Of a stretch of 64,000 nucleotides of DNA, positions 15,001 through 30,868 are shown one piece after another. The stretch spans positions 13,957 to 77,956 of the forward strand of contig NW_018408386.1 in the NCBI RefSeq assembly GCF_002113885.1, written 5' to 3'. Position 1 is the stretch's first letter, and every line of letters starts with the position of its first letter. This stretch comes from Mizuhopecten yessoensis. Lineage: Eukaryota. The position numbers and the translations under genes are program-made. A model generated the notes under the pieces. The model was not told the DNA's origin. It ran no database searches and saw only the letters and a program-made list of their open reading frames with translations.

Positions 15001-15700
15001 AGTGACGTGATACCGCCAACACGGAGTGACGTAATACCTCCAACATGGAGTGACGTGATACCGCCAACACGGAGTGACGTAATACCTCCAACATGGAGTG
15101 ACGTGATACCGCCAACACGGAGTGAAGTGATACCGCCAAACATGGAGTGACGTGATACCGCCTACACGGAGTGACGGGGACCGCTAAACAGGGAGGGACG
15201 TGATACCGCCAACACGGAGTGACGTGATACCACCTACACGGAGTGACGTGTACCGCTAAACACGGAGTAACGTGATACCACCGACACGGAGTGACTTGAT
15301 ACCGCCAAACATGGAGTGACGTGATACCGCCTACACGGAGGGACGTGTACCGCTAAACACGGAGTGACGTGATACCGCCAACACGGAGGGACGTGATACC
15401 GCCAACACGGAGTGACGTGATACCACCTACACGGAGTGACGTGTACCGCTAAACACGGAGTAACGTGATGACGCCGACACGGAGTGACGTGATACCGCCA
15501 AACATGGAGGGACGCGATACCGCCTACACGGAAAGACGTGTACCGCTAAACAGGGAGCGACGTGATACCGCCAACACGGAGTGACGTGATACCGCCTACA
15601 CGGAGTGACGTGTACCGCTAAACAGGGAGTGACGTGATACCGCCAACAGCGAGTGACGTGATACCGCCAACATGGAGTGACGGGATGATACCACCAACGG
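12095..15700. repeat. 24(-25)-bp CpG-rich minisatellite (~150 copies)
   Basis: Consensus CACGGAGTGACGTGATACCGCCAA with interspersed variants (..CGCCTA, ..GTGTACCGCTAAA, ..AAACATGG). Confidence 0.97.
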
Positions 15701-16879
15701 CGCGATGTAGCAGAATGCAGATCATTCTTTAGGTCACAAGAACACACATCAATATTTCAATCACCATACTTTACGTCAACATTTATGTCTCCAGATCTGG
15801 ATCACAAGTCAATAAGAAGATCGCCAGAACGTACATCAAGTTTTAGGTCAAGGATTGCATATCAATCCTTAGGTCATCAGAAAATAGAGCAATATTAAGG
15901 TTATGAGAATGCCTTTAATATTAAATTTCCCCAAACGTAAATCTTTCTTTAGGTCACCGGAACGCATATCAATCTTGAGGTCAATTTAACGGTCATCAAT
16001 GTCCTACCAAAATGCATATAAATTTTAGGCCATACGATCGAAATTTTGCGCTCTAAAGACTCGCAAACAATAGATATTTCTTAACTCGTTTAATGAATTC
16101 CATATGAAATGAAATAAACATCCTAAGTTGTTCGATGAATATATTTATATATAGTCTTTAATCATTATACATTTACACTCAAGTACAAATATGGCTTGTT
16201 GTATTGTTGTATTATCGTAATCATACTGGATGGTTTTACTGAAGTATTCGTTCCCTCCAACAGTAACACTGCGGTAATGACGTTGGCTGACGTATAATTC
16301 AAAGACAAATGGCGATGCGGTGATTTCCGTCTCTCTATTACAAATGCGCCTCTCCTCATATTGCGTGATCGAAGTAAGAAACTTGTTCGTCTGGTCAAAT
16401 GAGCATGGCGCCAACAAAACGTTACGGAGTATGTTTAAGCATTACACAGCAGAATAATTACAACTATTCATCAATTGTCTTAACCCTAAAAAGGAAAACA
16501 TGAAGACAAACAGACGGCTTACATATCAAATTGAAACAAAGAATTACTTGTAGATAACCACTATAAGGGATGCCGAACAGAGAAACAATGGAACTACGCG
16601 GTCTGTCGACAATGCTTTCTACCAGTAAATCGCTTTTATTGATTCAGTGTTCAGATATATGGGAGAACAGAACCATGACTTATAATTTCTATGTTTATTG
16701 CCTTAAATTTACTAACTTTGTCAAGAACTCCCAACTGAGAATAAAACCGCTGGATTCTTATCATAAACTACAAAATCTAAAAACTAATGGTCACTATAAA
16801 AGACGGTGTGTATTTCTGAGGGAATAGACCTATGAGATAATGCATGCATGGCAAAATCTAATGTATATAAATAAAAAAA

Positions 16880-19800
16880 GCATGTAGATCTTTGCTATAA
16901 CTGTAAATATGATTACAATACACATGTTGATAATCACATTACACGTGTAGATATTTACAATACCCATATAGATAATCAAAATACACGTGTAGATAATGAC
17001 ACTACTCATGTAGATAATCACAATACCCATATAGATAATCACATTACACATGTAGATATTTACAATACCCATATAGATAATCACATTACACGTGTAGATA
17101 TTTACAATACCCATATAGATAATCACAATACACGTGTAGATATTTACAATACCCATATAGATAATCACATTACACGTGTAGATATTTACAATACCTATAT
17201 AGATAATCACATTACACATATAGATATTTACAATACCCATATAGATAATCACATTACACATGTAGATATTTACAATACCCGTAAAGATAATCACATTACA
17301 CGTGTAGATATTTACAATACCCATATAGATAATCACAATACACGTGTAGATATTTACAATACCCATATAGATAATCGAATTACACATGTAGATATTTACA
17401 ATACCCATATAGATAATCACATTACACGTGTAGATATTTACAATACCCATATAGATAATCACAATACTCATGTAGATATTTACAATACCAATATAGATAA
17501 TCACAATACACGTGTAGATATTTACAATACCCATATAGATAATCACAATACACATGTAGATAATGACACTACTCATGTAGATAATCACAATACCCATGTA
17601 GATAATCACATTACACGTGTAGATAATTATTTACAATACCCATATAGATAATCACAACACACGTGTAGATATTTACAATACCCATATATATAGATAATGA
17701 CACTACTCATGTAGATAATCACACTACTCATGTAGATAATTACAAAAGTCATGTAGATAATGACACTACACATGTAGATAATCACACTACTCATGTAGAT
17801 AATCACAATACACGTGTAGATATTAACAATACCCATATAGATAATCACAATACACGTGTAGATATTTACAATACCCATATTAACAATCACAATACACGTG
17901 TAGATATTAACAATACCCATAAAGATAATCACAATACACGTGTAGATAATGACACTACTCATGTAGATAATCACACTACTCATATAGATAATCACACTAC
18001 TCATGTAGATAATCACACTACTAATTTAGATAATTACAACACTCATGTAGATATGACACTACACATGTAGATAATCACACTACTCATGTAGATAATTACA
18101 ACACTCATGTAGATAATGACACTACACATGTAGATAATCACACTACTCATGTAGATAATCCCAATACACGTGTAGATATTAACAATACCCATATAGATAA
18201 TAACAATACACGTGTAGATATTAACAATACCCATAAAGATAAGCACAATACACGTGTAGATAATGACACTACTCATGTAGATAATCACACTACTCATGTA
18301 GATAATCCCAATACACGTGTAGATATTAACAATACCCGTATAGATAATCACAATACACGTGTAGATAATCACAATACACGTGTAGATAATGACACTACTC
18401 ATGTAGATAATCACACTACTCATGTAGATAATTACAATACTCATGTAGATAATCACACTACTCAAGTAGATAATTACAACACTCATGTAGATAATCACAA
18501 TACTCATGTAGATAATTACACTACTCATGTAGATAATTACAATACACGTGTAAATAATCACAATACTCATGTAGATAATGACACTACTCATGTAGATAAT
18601 CACAATACTCATGTAGATAATCACAATACTCATGTAGATAATCACAATACTCATGTAGATAATCACAATACTCATGTAGATAATCACAATACTCATGTAG
18701 ATAATCACAATACTCATGTAGATAATCACAATACTCATGTAGATAATCACAATACTCATGTAGATAATCACAATACTCATGTAGATAATCACAATACTCA
18801 TGTAGATAATCACAATACTCATGTAGATAATCACAATACTCATGTAGATAATCACAATACTCATGTAGATAATCACAATACTCATGTAGATAATCACAAT
18901 ACTCATGTAGATAATCACAATACTCATGTAGATAATCACAATACTCATGTAGATAATCACAATACTCATGTAGATAATCACAATACTCATGTAGATAATC
19001 ACAATACTCATGTAGATAATCACAATACTCATGTAGATAATCACAATACTCATGTAGATAATCACAATACTCATGTAGATAATCACAATACTCATGTAGA
19101 TAATCACAATACTCATGTAGATAATCACAATACTCATGTAGATAATCACAATACTCATGTAGATAATCACAATACTCATGTAGATAATCACAATACTCAT
19201 GTAGATAATCACAATACTCATGTAGATAATCACAATACTCATGTAGATAATCACAATACTCATGTAGATAATCACAATACTCATGTAGATAATCACAATA
19301 CTCATGTAGATAATCACAATACTCATGTAGATAATCACAATACTCATGTAGATAATCACAATACTCATGTAGATAATCACAATACTCATGTAGATAATCA
19401 CAATACTCATGTAGATAATCACAATACTCATGTAGATAATCACAATACTCATGTAGATAATCACAATACTCATGTAGATAATCACAATACTCATATTGAT
19501 AATAACAATACTCATGTAGATAATCACAATACTCATGTAGATAAACACAATACTCATATTGATAATCACAATACTCATGTAGATAATCACAATACTCAAG
19601 TAGATAAATACAATACCCATATAGATAGTTACAAAACACGTGTAGATAATGACACTACTCATGTAGATAATTACACTACTCATGTAGATAATTACAATAC
19701 ACGTGTAGATAATCACAATACACCTCATATTGATAATAACAATACTCATGTAGTTTACAATACCCATATAGATAATCACAATACACGTGTAGATAATTAC

Positions 19801-22800
19801 AATACACGTGTAGATAATCACAATATACGTATAGATAATCACAATACTCATGTAGCTAATCACAATACTCCTGTAGATAATCACAATACACGTGTAGATA
19901 ATGACACTACTCATGTAGATAATCACAATACTCATGTAGATAATCACAATACTCAAGTAGATAAATACAATACCCATATAGATAGTTACAAAACACGTGT
20001 AGATAATGACACTACACATGTAGATAATCACACTACTCATGTAGATAATCACAATATTCATGGAGATAATCCCAATACTCATGTAGATAATTACAATACT
20101 CATGTAGATAATTACACTACTCATGTAGATAATTACAATACTCATGTAGATAATTACAATGCCCATATAGATAATCACAATAAACGTGTAGATAATGACA
20201 CTACTCATGTAGATAATTACAGTACTCATGTAGATAATTACAAAACACATGTAGATAATCACAATAAACGTGTAGATAATCACAATACACGTGTAGATAA
20301 TCACAATATACGTGTAGATAATCACAATATACGTGTAGATAATCACAATACTCCTGTAGATAATCACACTACTCATGTAGATAATTACAATACTCATGTA
20401 GATAATTACAATACTCATGTAGATAATCACAATACAGGTGTAGATAATCACAATACACATGTAGATAATCACAATACACGTGTAGATAATCACAATATAC
20501 GTGTAGATAATCACAATACTCATGTAGATAATCACACTACTCATGTAGATAGTTACAATACTCATGTAGATAATCACAATACTCATGTAGATAATCACAA
20601 TACACGTGTAGATAATCACAATATACGTGTAGATAATGACACTACTCATGTAGATAATCACAATAAACGTGTAGATAATGACACTACTCATGTAGATAAT
20701 TACAGTACTCATGTAGATAATTACAAAACACATGTAGATAATCACAATACACGTGTAGATGATTACAATACTCATGTAGATAATCACAATACACGTGTAG
20801 ATAATTACACTACTCATGTAGATAATTACACTACTCATGTAGATAATTACAATACTCATGTAGATAATTACAATACTCATGTAGATAATCACAATACACG
20901 TGTAGATAATCACAATACACGTATAGATAATCACAATACACGTATAGATAATCACAATACACGTGTAGATAATCACAATACACGTGTAGATAATCACAAT
21001 ACACGTGTAGTTAATGACAATACACGTGTAGTCAATCACACTACTCATGTAGATAATCACAATACACGTGTAGATAATTACAATACACGTATAGATAATC
21101 ACAATACTCATGTAGATAATAACAATACATGTGTAGATAATCACAATACACGTGTAGATAATTACAATACTCATGTAGATAATCACAATACTCAAGTAGA
21201 TAATTAAAACACTCATGTAGATAATCACAATACTCATGTAGATAATTACAATACTCATGTAGATTATCACAATACTGATGTAGATAATTACAATACACGT
21301 GTAGATAATTACAATACTTATGTAGATAATTACAATACACGTGTAGATAATAACAATACACGTGTAGATAATCACAATACACGTGAAGATAATTACAATA
21401 CACGTGTAGATAATCACAATACACGTATAGATAATCACAATACTCATGTAGATAATAACAATACACGTGTAGATAATCACAATACACGTGTCGATAATTA
21501 CAATACACGTGTAGATAATCACACTACTCATGTAGATAATTACAATACTCATGTAGATTATCACAATACTGATGTAGATAATTACAATACACGTGTAGAT
21601 AATAACAATACACGTGTAGATAATCACAATACACGTATAGATAATCACAATACTCATGTAGATAATGACACTACTCATGTAGATAATTACAATACTCATG
21701 TAGATTATCACAATACTGATGTAGATAATTACAATACACGTGTAGATAATTACAATACTTATGTAGATAATTACAATACACGTGTAGATAATAACAATAC
21801 ACGTGTAGATAATCACAATACACGTGTAGATTATTACAATACATGTGTAGATAATCACAATACACGTGTAGATAATCACAATACTCATGTAGATAATCAC
21901 AATACCTGTGTAGATAATCACAATACCTGTGTAGATAATCACAATACACGTGTAGATAATCACAATACACGTGTAGATAATCACAATACACGTGTAGATA
22001 ATGACACTACTCATGTAGATAATCACAATATTCATGTAGATAATCACAATACACATGTAGATAATCACAATACACGTGTAGATAATCACAATACACGTGT
22101 AGATAATCACAATATACGTGTAGATAATCACAATACACGGGTAGATAATCACAATATTCATGTAGATAATCACAATACACGTGTAGATAATCACAATATT
22201 CATGCAGATAATTACAATACACGTGTAGATAATCACAATACACGTGTATATAATCACAATACACGTGTAGATAATCACAATACACGTGTAGATAATCACA
22301 ATACACGTGTAGATAATCACAATACACGTGTAGATAATCACAATACACGTGTAGATAATCACAATACACGTGTAGATAATCACAATACACGTGTAGATAA
22401 TCACAATACACGTGTAGATAATCACAATACACGTGTAGATAATCACAATACACGTGTAGATAATCACAATACACGTGTAGATAATCACAATACACGTGTA
22501 GATAATCACAATACACGTGTAGATAATCACAATACACGTGTAGATAATCACAATACACGTGTAGATAATCACAATACACGTGTAGATAATCACAATACAC
22601 GTGTAGATAATCACAATACACGTGTAGATAATCACAATACACGTGTAGATAATCACAATACACGTGTAGATAATCACAATACACGTGTAGATAATCACAA
22701 TACACGTGTAGATAATCACAATACACGTGTAGATAATCACAATACACGTGTAGATAATCACAATACACGTGTAGATAATCACAATACACGTGTAGATAAT

Positions 22801-25020
22801 CACAATACACGTGTAGATAATCACAATACACGTGTAGATAATCACAATACACGTGTAGATAATCACAATACACGTGTAGATAATCACAATACACGTGTAG
22901 ATAATCACAATACACGTGTAGATAATCACAATACACGTGTAGATAATCACAATACACGTGTAGATAATCACAATACACGTGTAGATAATCACAATACACG
23001 TGTAGATAATCACAATACACGTGTAGATAATCACAATACACGTGTAGATAATCACAATACACGTGTAGATAATCACAATACACGTGTAGATAATCACAAT
23101 ACACGTGTAGATAATCACAATACACGTGTAGATAATCACAATACACGTGTAGATAATCACAATACACGTGTAGATAATCACAATACACGTGTAGATAATC
23201 ACAATACACGTGTAGATAATCACAATACACGTGTAGATAATCACAATACACGTGTAGATAATCACAATACACGTGTAGATAATCACAATACACGTGTAGA
23301 TAATCACAATACACGTGTAGATAATCACAATACACGTGTAGATAATCACAATACACGTGTAGATAATCACAATACACGTGTAGATAATCACAATACACGT
23401 GTAGATAATCACAATACACGTGTAGATAATCACAATACACGTGTAGATAATCACAATACACGTGTAGATAATCACAATACACGTGTAGATAATCACAATA
23501 CACGTGTAGATAATCACAATACACGTGTAGATAATCACAATACACGTGTAGATAATCACAATACACGTGTAGATAATCACAATACACGTGTAGATAATCA
23601 CAATACACGTGTAGATAATCACAATACACGTGTAGATAATCACAATACACGTGTAGATAATCACAATACACGTGTAGATAATCACAATACACGTGTAGAT
23701 AATCACAATACACGTGTAGATAATCACAATACACGTGTAGATAATCACAATACACGTGTAGATAATCACAATACACGTGTAGATAATCACAATACACGTG
23801 TAGATAATCACAATACACGTGTAGATAATCACAATACACGTGTAGATAATCACAATACACGTGTAGATAATCACAATACACGTGTAGATAATCACAATAC
23901 ACGTGTAGATAATCACAATACACGTGTAGATAATCACAATACACGTGTAGATAATCACAATACACGTGTAGATAATCACAATACACGTGTAGATAATCAC
24001 AATACACGTGTAGATAATCACAATACACGTGTAGATAATCACAATACACGTGTAGATAATCACAATACACGTGTAGATAATCACAATACACGTGTAGATA
24101 ATCACAATACACGTGTAGATAATCACAATACACGTGTAGATAATCACAATACACGTGTAGATAATCACAATACACGTGTAGATAATCACAATACACGTGT
24201 AGATAATCACAATACACGTGTAGATAATCACAATACACGTGTAGATAATCACAATACACGTGTAGATAATCACAATACACGTGTAGATAATCACAATACA
24301 CGTGTAGATAATCACAATACACGTGTAGATAATCACAATACACGTGTAGATAATCACAATACACGTGTAGATAATCACAATACACGTGTAGATAATCACA
24401 ATACACGTGTAGATAATCACAATATTCATGTAGATAATCACAATATTCATGTAGATAATCACAATTCACGTGTAGATAATCACAATACACGTATAGATAA
24501 TCACAATACTCATGTAGATAATTACAATACTCATGTAGATAATGACACTACTCATGTAGATAATGACACTACTCATGTAGATAATCACACTACTCATGTA
24601 GATAATTACAATACTCATGTAGATAATCACAATACTCATGTAGATAATCACAATACACGTGTAGATAATCACAATACACGTGTAGATAATCACAATACAC
24701 GTATAGATAATCACAATACACATACAGATAATCACAATACACGTTTTGAAAATTACAATACACGTGTAGATAGTTTAAAGATCCTTGTCGATAATAACAA
24801 TTCCCATTTAGATTCATCACAATACACGTGCAGATAATTACAATACCCATATAGATAAATGCATAACACGTGTAGATAATTACATAACACGTATTACTAT
24901 ACCCATGTAGACAATTACATACACATGTAGATAATTACAACATCCGTATAATAACAATACACGTATTACAATACTCATGTAGACAATTACAATACACGTG
25001 TGGGTTATTACAATACCCGT
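16880..25020. repeat. 21-bp satellite, ~8 kb (~385 copies) with variant domains
   Basis: Unit GTAGATAATCACAATACACGT / GTAGATAATCACAATACTCAT; pure blocks at ~18590-19490 and ~22260-24420. Confidence 0.98.
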
Positions 25021-25779
25021 TTAGATCATAGAAAATAACATAACCCATTAAATGATTATAATGCCCGTGTAAATAAGTTAATTGTGATGTACATTGTTTA
25101 TAGTATATTGATAGGAAATGTTATGAACAGGAAAATGTAATTAGTTTTCCTTATAAAGGATCTAGTTTGAGGTCATATACAATGTTAGTGGGAGGGGTTT
25201 GTAGTCTTAAACAGTTGGCGAAAGGGCTTTTAATTGTTTTAATTGTTTTCTTCTTTTCTTATACATTGTTGCTTTGTTTTTTAATGGTGTTGTGAAATTT
25301 ATGGCAAAATTGATAGAATCGGGTATTGTTTAGGCGCAATTATCTCTCCAGAGGATTTTCTAATTCCAGCATATGTCCCCTGGAAAGTAAAGCTTAAGAT
25401 TGATGGAAGTGATCAAGTTATCAAAGCAAACTGGAGCATACACCAAATTTTTATCGGAAGTTTAAAGCCGTAATAAAATTTCACGGGAGAGCCTGGAGTC
25501 CGGATACCTATACCTTCACTTGAATCATCAGTCAAAATACAACGATCTATTTGTATTAATGAGCGTAATATTTAAAAGCCAGTATCGTGTCGTATATTGA
25601 CAAAATCCTTAAAGTGTTTCGATATATCACTGTACCAATTACCCATTCTAGCACGCACTGTGTTCTTACAGAAAGCATGATCGCATGATATACAACTACC
25701 CCTGGTTGTTTAATTGTACAGGTCCTTTATCAATGATGATTATTACCTTATTGTGTGACCTATTACCTTTCTGGGGACA

Positions 25780-25950
25780 CGGTTTTTAAAGGTCAGATGA
25801 ACTCATGCCATGGTACAGCGTCCGATGTCCGTCCGTCGTCCATCAATTTTATCCTTTTAAAAGTATACTCTAGCTGGGCTACTGATCATCCTTTTGAACG
25901 ACGACTATTAAGATTTAAACCAAAGTTTACCCGTTGCATCCGCGGGACTA
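25780..25950 (-). mobile_element. Helentron-associated element end remnant
   Basis: AAAGGTCAGATGAACT...GCGTCCGATGTCCGTCCGTCGTCCATCAA, a GTCC microsatellite after a short hairpin-like motif, the same type as 2570-3095 in opposite orientation. Confidence 0.35.
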
Positions 25951-26606
25951 TAGAGAATTATTTTTTTGTAGGATTGAAGAGTGTACCGCCCAATCACACC
26001 ATCACCCTTATATTTCTTGTACTATTTTGATATACCTCTACCATATTTAACAGATTTTTTTTATTAATATTATAAATTCCATGTGAGCTATTGTGAGCTT
26101 CCCTGGTCCTCTACTTATGTAAGTGTCGGATAGTGGGGTAAAAGTATGTCAGCATATTGATCAATCGGGAACCGTCGGCACTCTCCGTGAGGTTTGCTAA
26201 TGGAGGTAAATATAATTTCCTTCTTCTGTTCCTGTACACTGACAGAAGTAAAATTTCTTCATTTTAAAATCTGTTGCTTTCTCACACTAAAAGGTTTGCC
26301 CGCGAATTGGTGTCAAGTAACATTTAAGACTATAGATATATATATAAACAGATGTCTCTGCCCATCCACTTACGATTCGAAAATCGCAAATTGGGCGTTT
26401 TGCATACAAACCTCAAACAGTGCTGTGCCCTTAATTTTAACCTGTTTCAAGGGCAAACCTTGCCGATAGTGTAGCTTTTAATTGTGGATATTTGCGCGAG
26501 AAGCTCTTTCATTGAGTGCCAATACTAATACGCTAGTCCTGTCGCGAAATTCGATATGTAAGTTATTTCGTTGAAAATTTACAGCTTCCCGTACACCTTG
26601 ATACAG

Positions 26607-26647
<41 letters not shown>

Positions 26648-27468
26648 TTAATTCAATAGTTTGCCTGTTTCCACTGTAATAATGTTATTGTTGATGCATG
26701 TTTGGAAAAGAAGTTGATAATTTGAAAATTTATCTTTTCAACAAAAATATTGCTTTTTTGTGTATTTTTGTAATAATATTATAAGAATAGCCGCAAGGCC
26801 GAGAATATCACATTATCGCTATGTTCCTGACATTAAACAAAATATTTTCTTTCAGATTTTTTTTTCCAAAGTCAACCTTATCGCCTCTTTATCTGTGTTA
26901 CATTTGGTAACCCCCCCCCCCCAAAAAGTAATTTTCATACCTTGAAACCTTTATTATGTGTAAAAATCTCCATGTGTTCGCATATAGCATCTAGCCTTAA
27001 CTCTGCGTGAAAAAAAACCCGTCTTTCATACAACAGTCACGCCTAAGGCATGTGGTCCTTTGACGGGGAAAATGAGCAATTTTGTTTCACTGACAAATAA
27101 GATCTGTAAACAATTCTGTAAACATTCAAATAACCTCATCATTATTTCGGATCCATCCGAAAAAGCATCACTGAATTTCCATGTTATGTTGAGTATTGCC
27201 TTTTACAGACGTTTTTGACGGCGACATTAGTTTGGCTGAAATTTACGTGACACCTGGCTGTGACCAGGCCAATGTTTAGCGTCTATACAGCGACAATTTT
27301 GAACTCCAGACACACAAGTTAGGGTCAGTCCTGTATAATTCGGCGCACGTGAAATAAAAATCACATCAACATATGTAGAATATGTAATACCTTTTACTGG
27401 GCGTTCGGTGTCTCTCTTCGTCTTCTGGTCACTCCAAGGGCCCCCGAAAACTGTCACAGCGTGTGTTT

Positions 27469-27540
27469 CAAGTTCAAGTTTTTTATTTACCAAATGCAAT
27501 ACAGCATATAGGTTATACAGTTACATCACAAATGGTTCAT
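27469..27540 (-). mobile_element. 3' tail fragment of LINE (AATAAA + GAACTT repeats)
   Basis: CAAGTTCAAGTTTTTTATT has the same tail type as the LINE 3' end at 43932-43949. Confidence 0.35.
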
Positions 27541-30500
27541 AATAAAGCACAATATAAAAGATGGCGGAGGATAATTAATGTTTAACGAGTGTAGGCTGGT
27601 ATCTTCTAATGGTGGAAACAATTATTCGAAATATAAATTAACAAAAAATAACGAAAAAAAACACCAGTGAATACCAAAGTTTTAACAAAACCGCAATTTG
27701 AACTCAAAATCGATACTACTTAAGGCAAAAGATGACCAAAAGATCCTTGAAAAGTACAATTAAAAAAACTAGGTGTTCTAAAAGGGTAAACGTCTGCTGT
27801 TTCCTTGACGACAACCGCCATGCAAATCTAAGTGTAAGCCGGGTAATGTCACGTCGTCATAGCAAGAACTGGGGTAGTGAAAACCAAACACTAAGATTCA
27901 TGTGTGATATTCCAGGAGTAGGCATCCTTTATTAGGCTAGCAGGTCACATTCTCCTTAAATCGGCCATAAAATTACACAAATAAACGATTTATCCGTACA
28001 TTTCGATCAATACTTTATGAACACTCAATGGAACAATCTTTACAAATGCTCTAAAATCGTACTACGTGCCGTATTTAAGTGACTGCACCAGGGTCAGGGT
28101 CAGCGTAATAGATGTAAAGTGTCGAATAGCGTTTTGTTTTAATCAATTAAAAAAAAGGAAAAAGGAAATTCATGAATTTTGTTCATCTAGCAGGTACAAC
28201 ATATTGAAATATTTGGCTGAAATCTGTCAGATCAGATGATGTGCAGTGGTATTAAAACAGTCGCACATTTAGTTTGTCGATCGTTATTTATCGTAGAAAT
28301 ACATTAATGGTGGTAAAAATAGTCTAGAGGACGTAAAGACATTAGTAAACGTTGTAAAAAATCCTATACTTAGTATGTAATGTCAATATGACGGTTGTAT
28401 GATCCGATTCAATCTTGGGTCTCCCCAGACGATATAATTCCCTGGTTTTTTTTTACCAGTGTTTACGTGTGCACGTGAAAATCCTTTTTAATCCGTATCA
28501 CTGTCGTTCAAGTACAACAATGCAAACAAGATGTTTGTCCCCAAAGAGGTGTTGGACAACTTGACAAGACAACCCATTATCTCTAGCCATGCTCTCTCTT
28601 GACTGCTGTGTGCCGATACCTTGGCGGGGAGAGGCCAGATTGGGTCTGTCTAGGACTCCAACCATGTTTGATGTGTTGGCATGCCTTCTGACCTTGCCTA
28701 TCGTGAAGATCTTGACACGAGAATGAAGGAACCGAAAATAAGCTGAGAAGGCTTAAATGCAGCTTCTCGGCCTTCTATGCAAACGGTAGTTTTCGTCTGT
28801 TGTGGATTGCCTGGGATTTGGTGTCGTTGAATTTCGTGAGTTTATTGGTTTGGTGCCGGCAGATGGTGTTACAAACTGAAGTGTTTTGGGATTTCCCTAA
28901 TGTAAAATAGACCTGTAACAACTTTAAACCGGGATTGAAGCACACAATCAATAACTACGCGCAGGAATGTTCCGCTTCTAATTATCTAAAGAAAGCATTT
29001 AGATAATTAAAACAAAAACAATACTTTACATGTAAACATGAAGTTCATTGATCATAAATAAGCTCAGTCAAAAACCACCTCAGCGATATTTAACATGTTG
29101 AATATGTAGTTCCATCAGTTAGAGCCAGCATCACGCCATTTTGAAATATAGTTATTGGTAATTTCGCTCGGATATTTATGTCTGTGGTCGACGGAGCAAA
29201 CACGGGTTGCATGTTTGAGGTCGATCACCTTTGACAGGTTGTTTGTAAACTCTGACCTTTGAACTATGACCGAAATCCAACCTTTCCTTACTGATTACCA
29301 TAGTACGCAGCAGCTCTGCGTCAGATCGGTTAGGGTTACTGTTGATTTCTGTTATAGAACAATAATTAAGCCTGGGGTCACGAGCTATTTCCATTATCAT
29401 TGTAAAATTATCCATAAGAATAAAATAAAAGTGCATCAATATAATTTTGTATTCAAATGGATTTAATCATCCCTCACAGTACTGTAGTAAATGAACTGTC
29501 AGTCTGACGTCATCATCAACTTTACGTCAGTGAATGACGGAGACTTTGTATGGTGACGACGCTAGGGAACGCAATCTGATGACGACAAATATCATCTGTC
29601 AATTCGAAAGAGAGGTTAGGGTTGGCTCACAACTGTCAATCAAGTATGCATGCACAAGTTTAGAATTCAAGTTAGCCCATATAAACATAATGGGTACGAT
29701 ATAAATTGATATTGATTGACTTCGTAAGTAAAATTTGACAGCTTTATTTTTAAGACAATAGTTCAAAAGATTACTATCAGCCGACTTGTTAGAGCCCGTA
29801 TGTATTGCAAAATCGTTTTATCTACCTGCTATCTAGTCAATTTGTTAAAATCCTTGTGCCATTATCTTAATTCCTTTGAGCCCATTATCGCTTCATATCA
29901 ACGAGGGATGAGATTCGCCTCCAACAAAGCTGATGTACCTAATGACGCCATTCATGTACTAATATAGCAATGTAAATTTATGACTATATATAGCAATTGC
30001 ACGCGATCTCGCGCCAAATTAATGAAGGTGAGTTAGGGAAGGGGATACAGTAACCTCGAGTACGTCGACGGATAAAATGTACACCAAGGTCTTTTAAAAC
30101 TACAAAAAATCAATCTCACTGGGCTGATGTATGTGTTGATACTGGCTGAGACCGACAGGCCAGTGATCTCGGGAATCCACGCAACAGCACGTGCGCCTCC
30201 TCGTTTCACGAGATTTCAGTGTTACATAAAAAGTCTCCTGATTGGTCTACGCCTACATGTGGCCTTTCTTCTAAATGACTCCGAAATAGTCCCCATGAAT
30301 GTTCTCGGGAGTTCTTATTTCCACAAAGCAATCTCCACCACCTTTTTGTGGGTAGGACAGATGGCTTACCGCAATCTGAGGGCCAATACGTAACTCCGTT
30401 TATTTACCTGCTGTATAGAAGCAGTTCCCATAGAGGTACTTGTAACATTAACGTTTTATAGTACATGAAATAATTACGTACGTATATAGAAGATTGGGGT

Positions 30501-30868
30501 TGATTATTTCGCTAATCAAATCACCAGTTTTGTTGCTAAGACTCCGATCGTGCCTTAACGTGGTTCATAAGAAGGGGAAGCGAGACACGCGCTAGATAAG
30601 TGTCAGTGTTACCGTGTTACAAATCGATGGATTGATAACATTTAATTTCCGATCTTTTTTTTATGTCGTTTACGAGCGACAATCATCTGATCGTAAATAG
30701 AGTCAAGGCTGTACTGAGATGCATCCACTATGCCTCGCGATAAACGTGCATTAATGTTCATTATATAGCTGTGCTGCCAGTTTCAACCAACTACAACCCC
30801 ATAGGAAAGATTCTTACTCCTTATATAACCAATTCATGGCCACATTCAGACGACACTCATATTTATTT

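Noticed and set aside
12428-15747. GGITSLRV / WRYHVTPC repeat ORFs
   Set aside because: Repeat translations broken by 24/25-bp length variants.
16830-24850. Long minus-strand ORFs (2139, 827, 351, 259 aa) as real genes
   Set aside because: They are translations of a 21-bp satellite in two frames, with no unique N- or C-terminal domain and no splice or promoter context.
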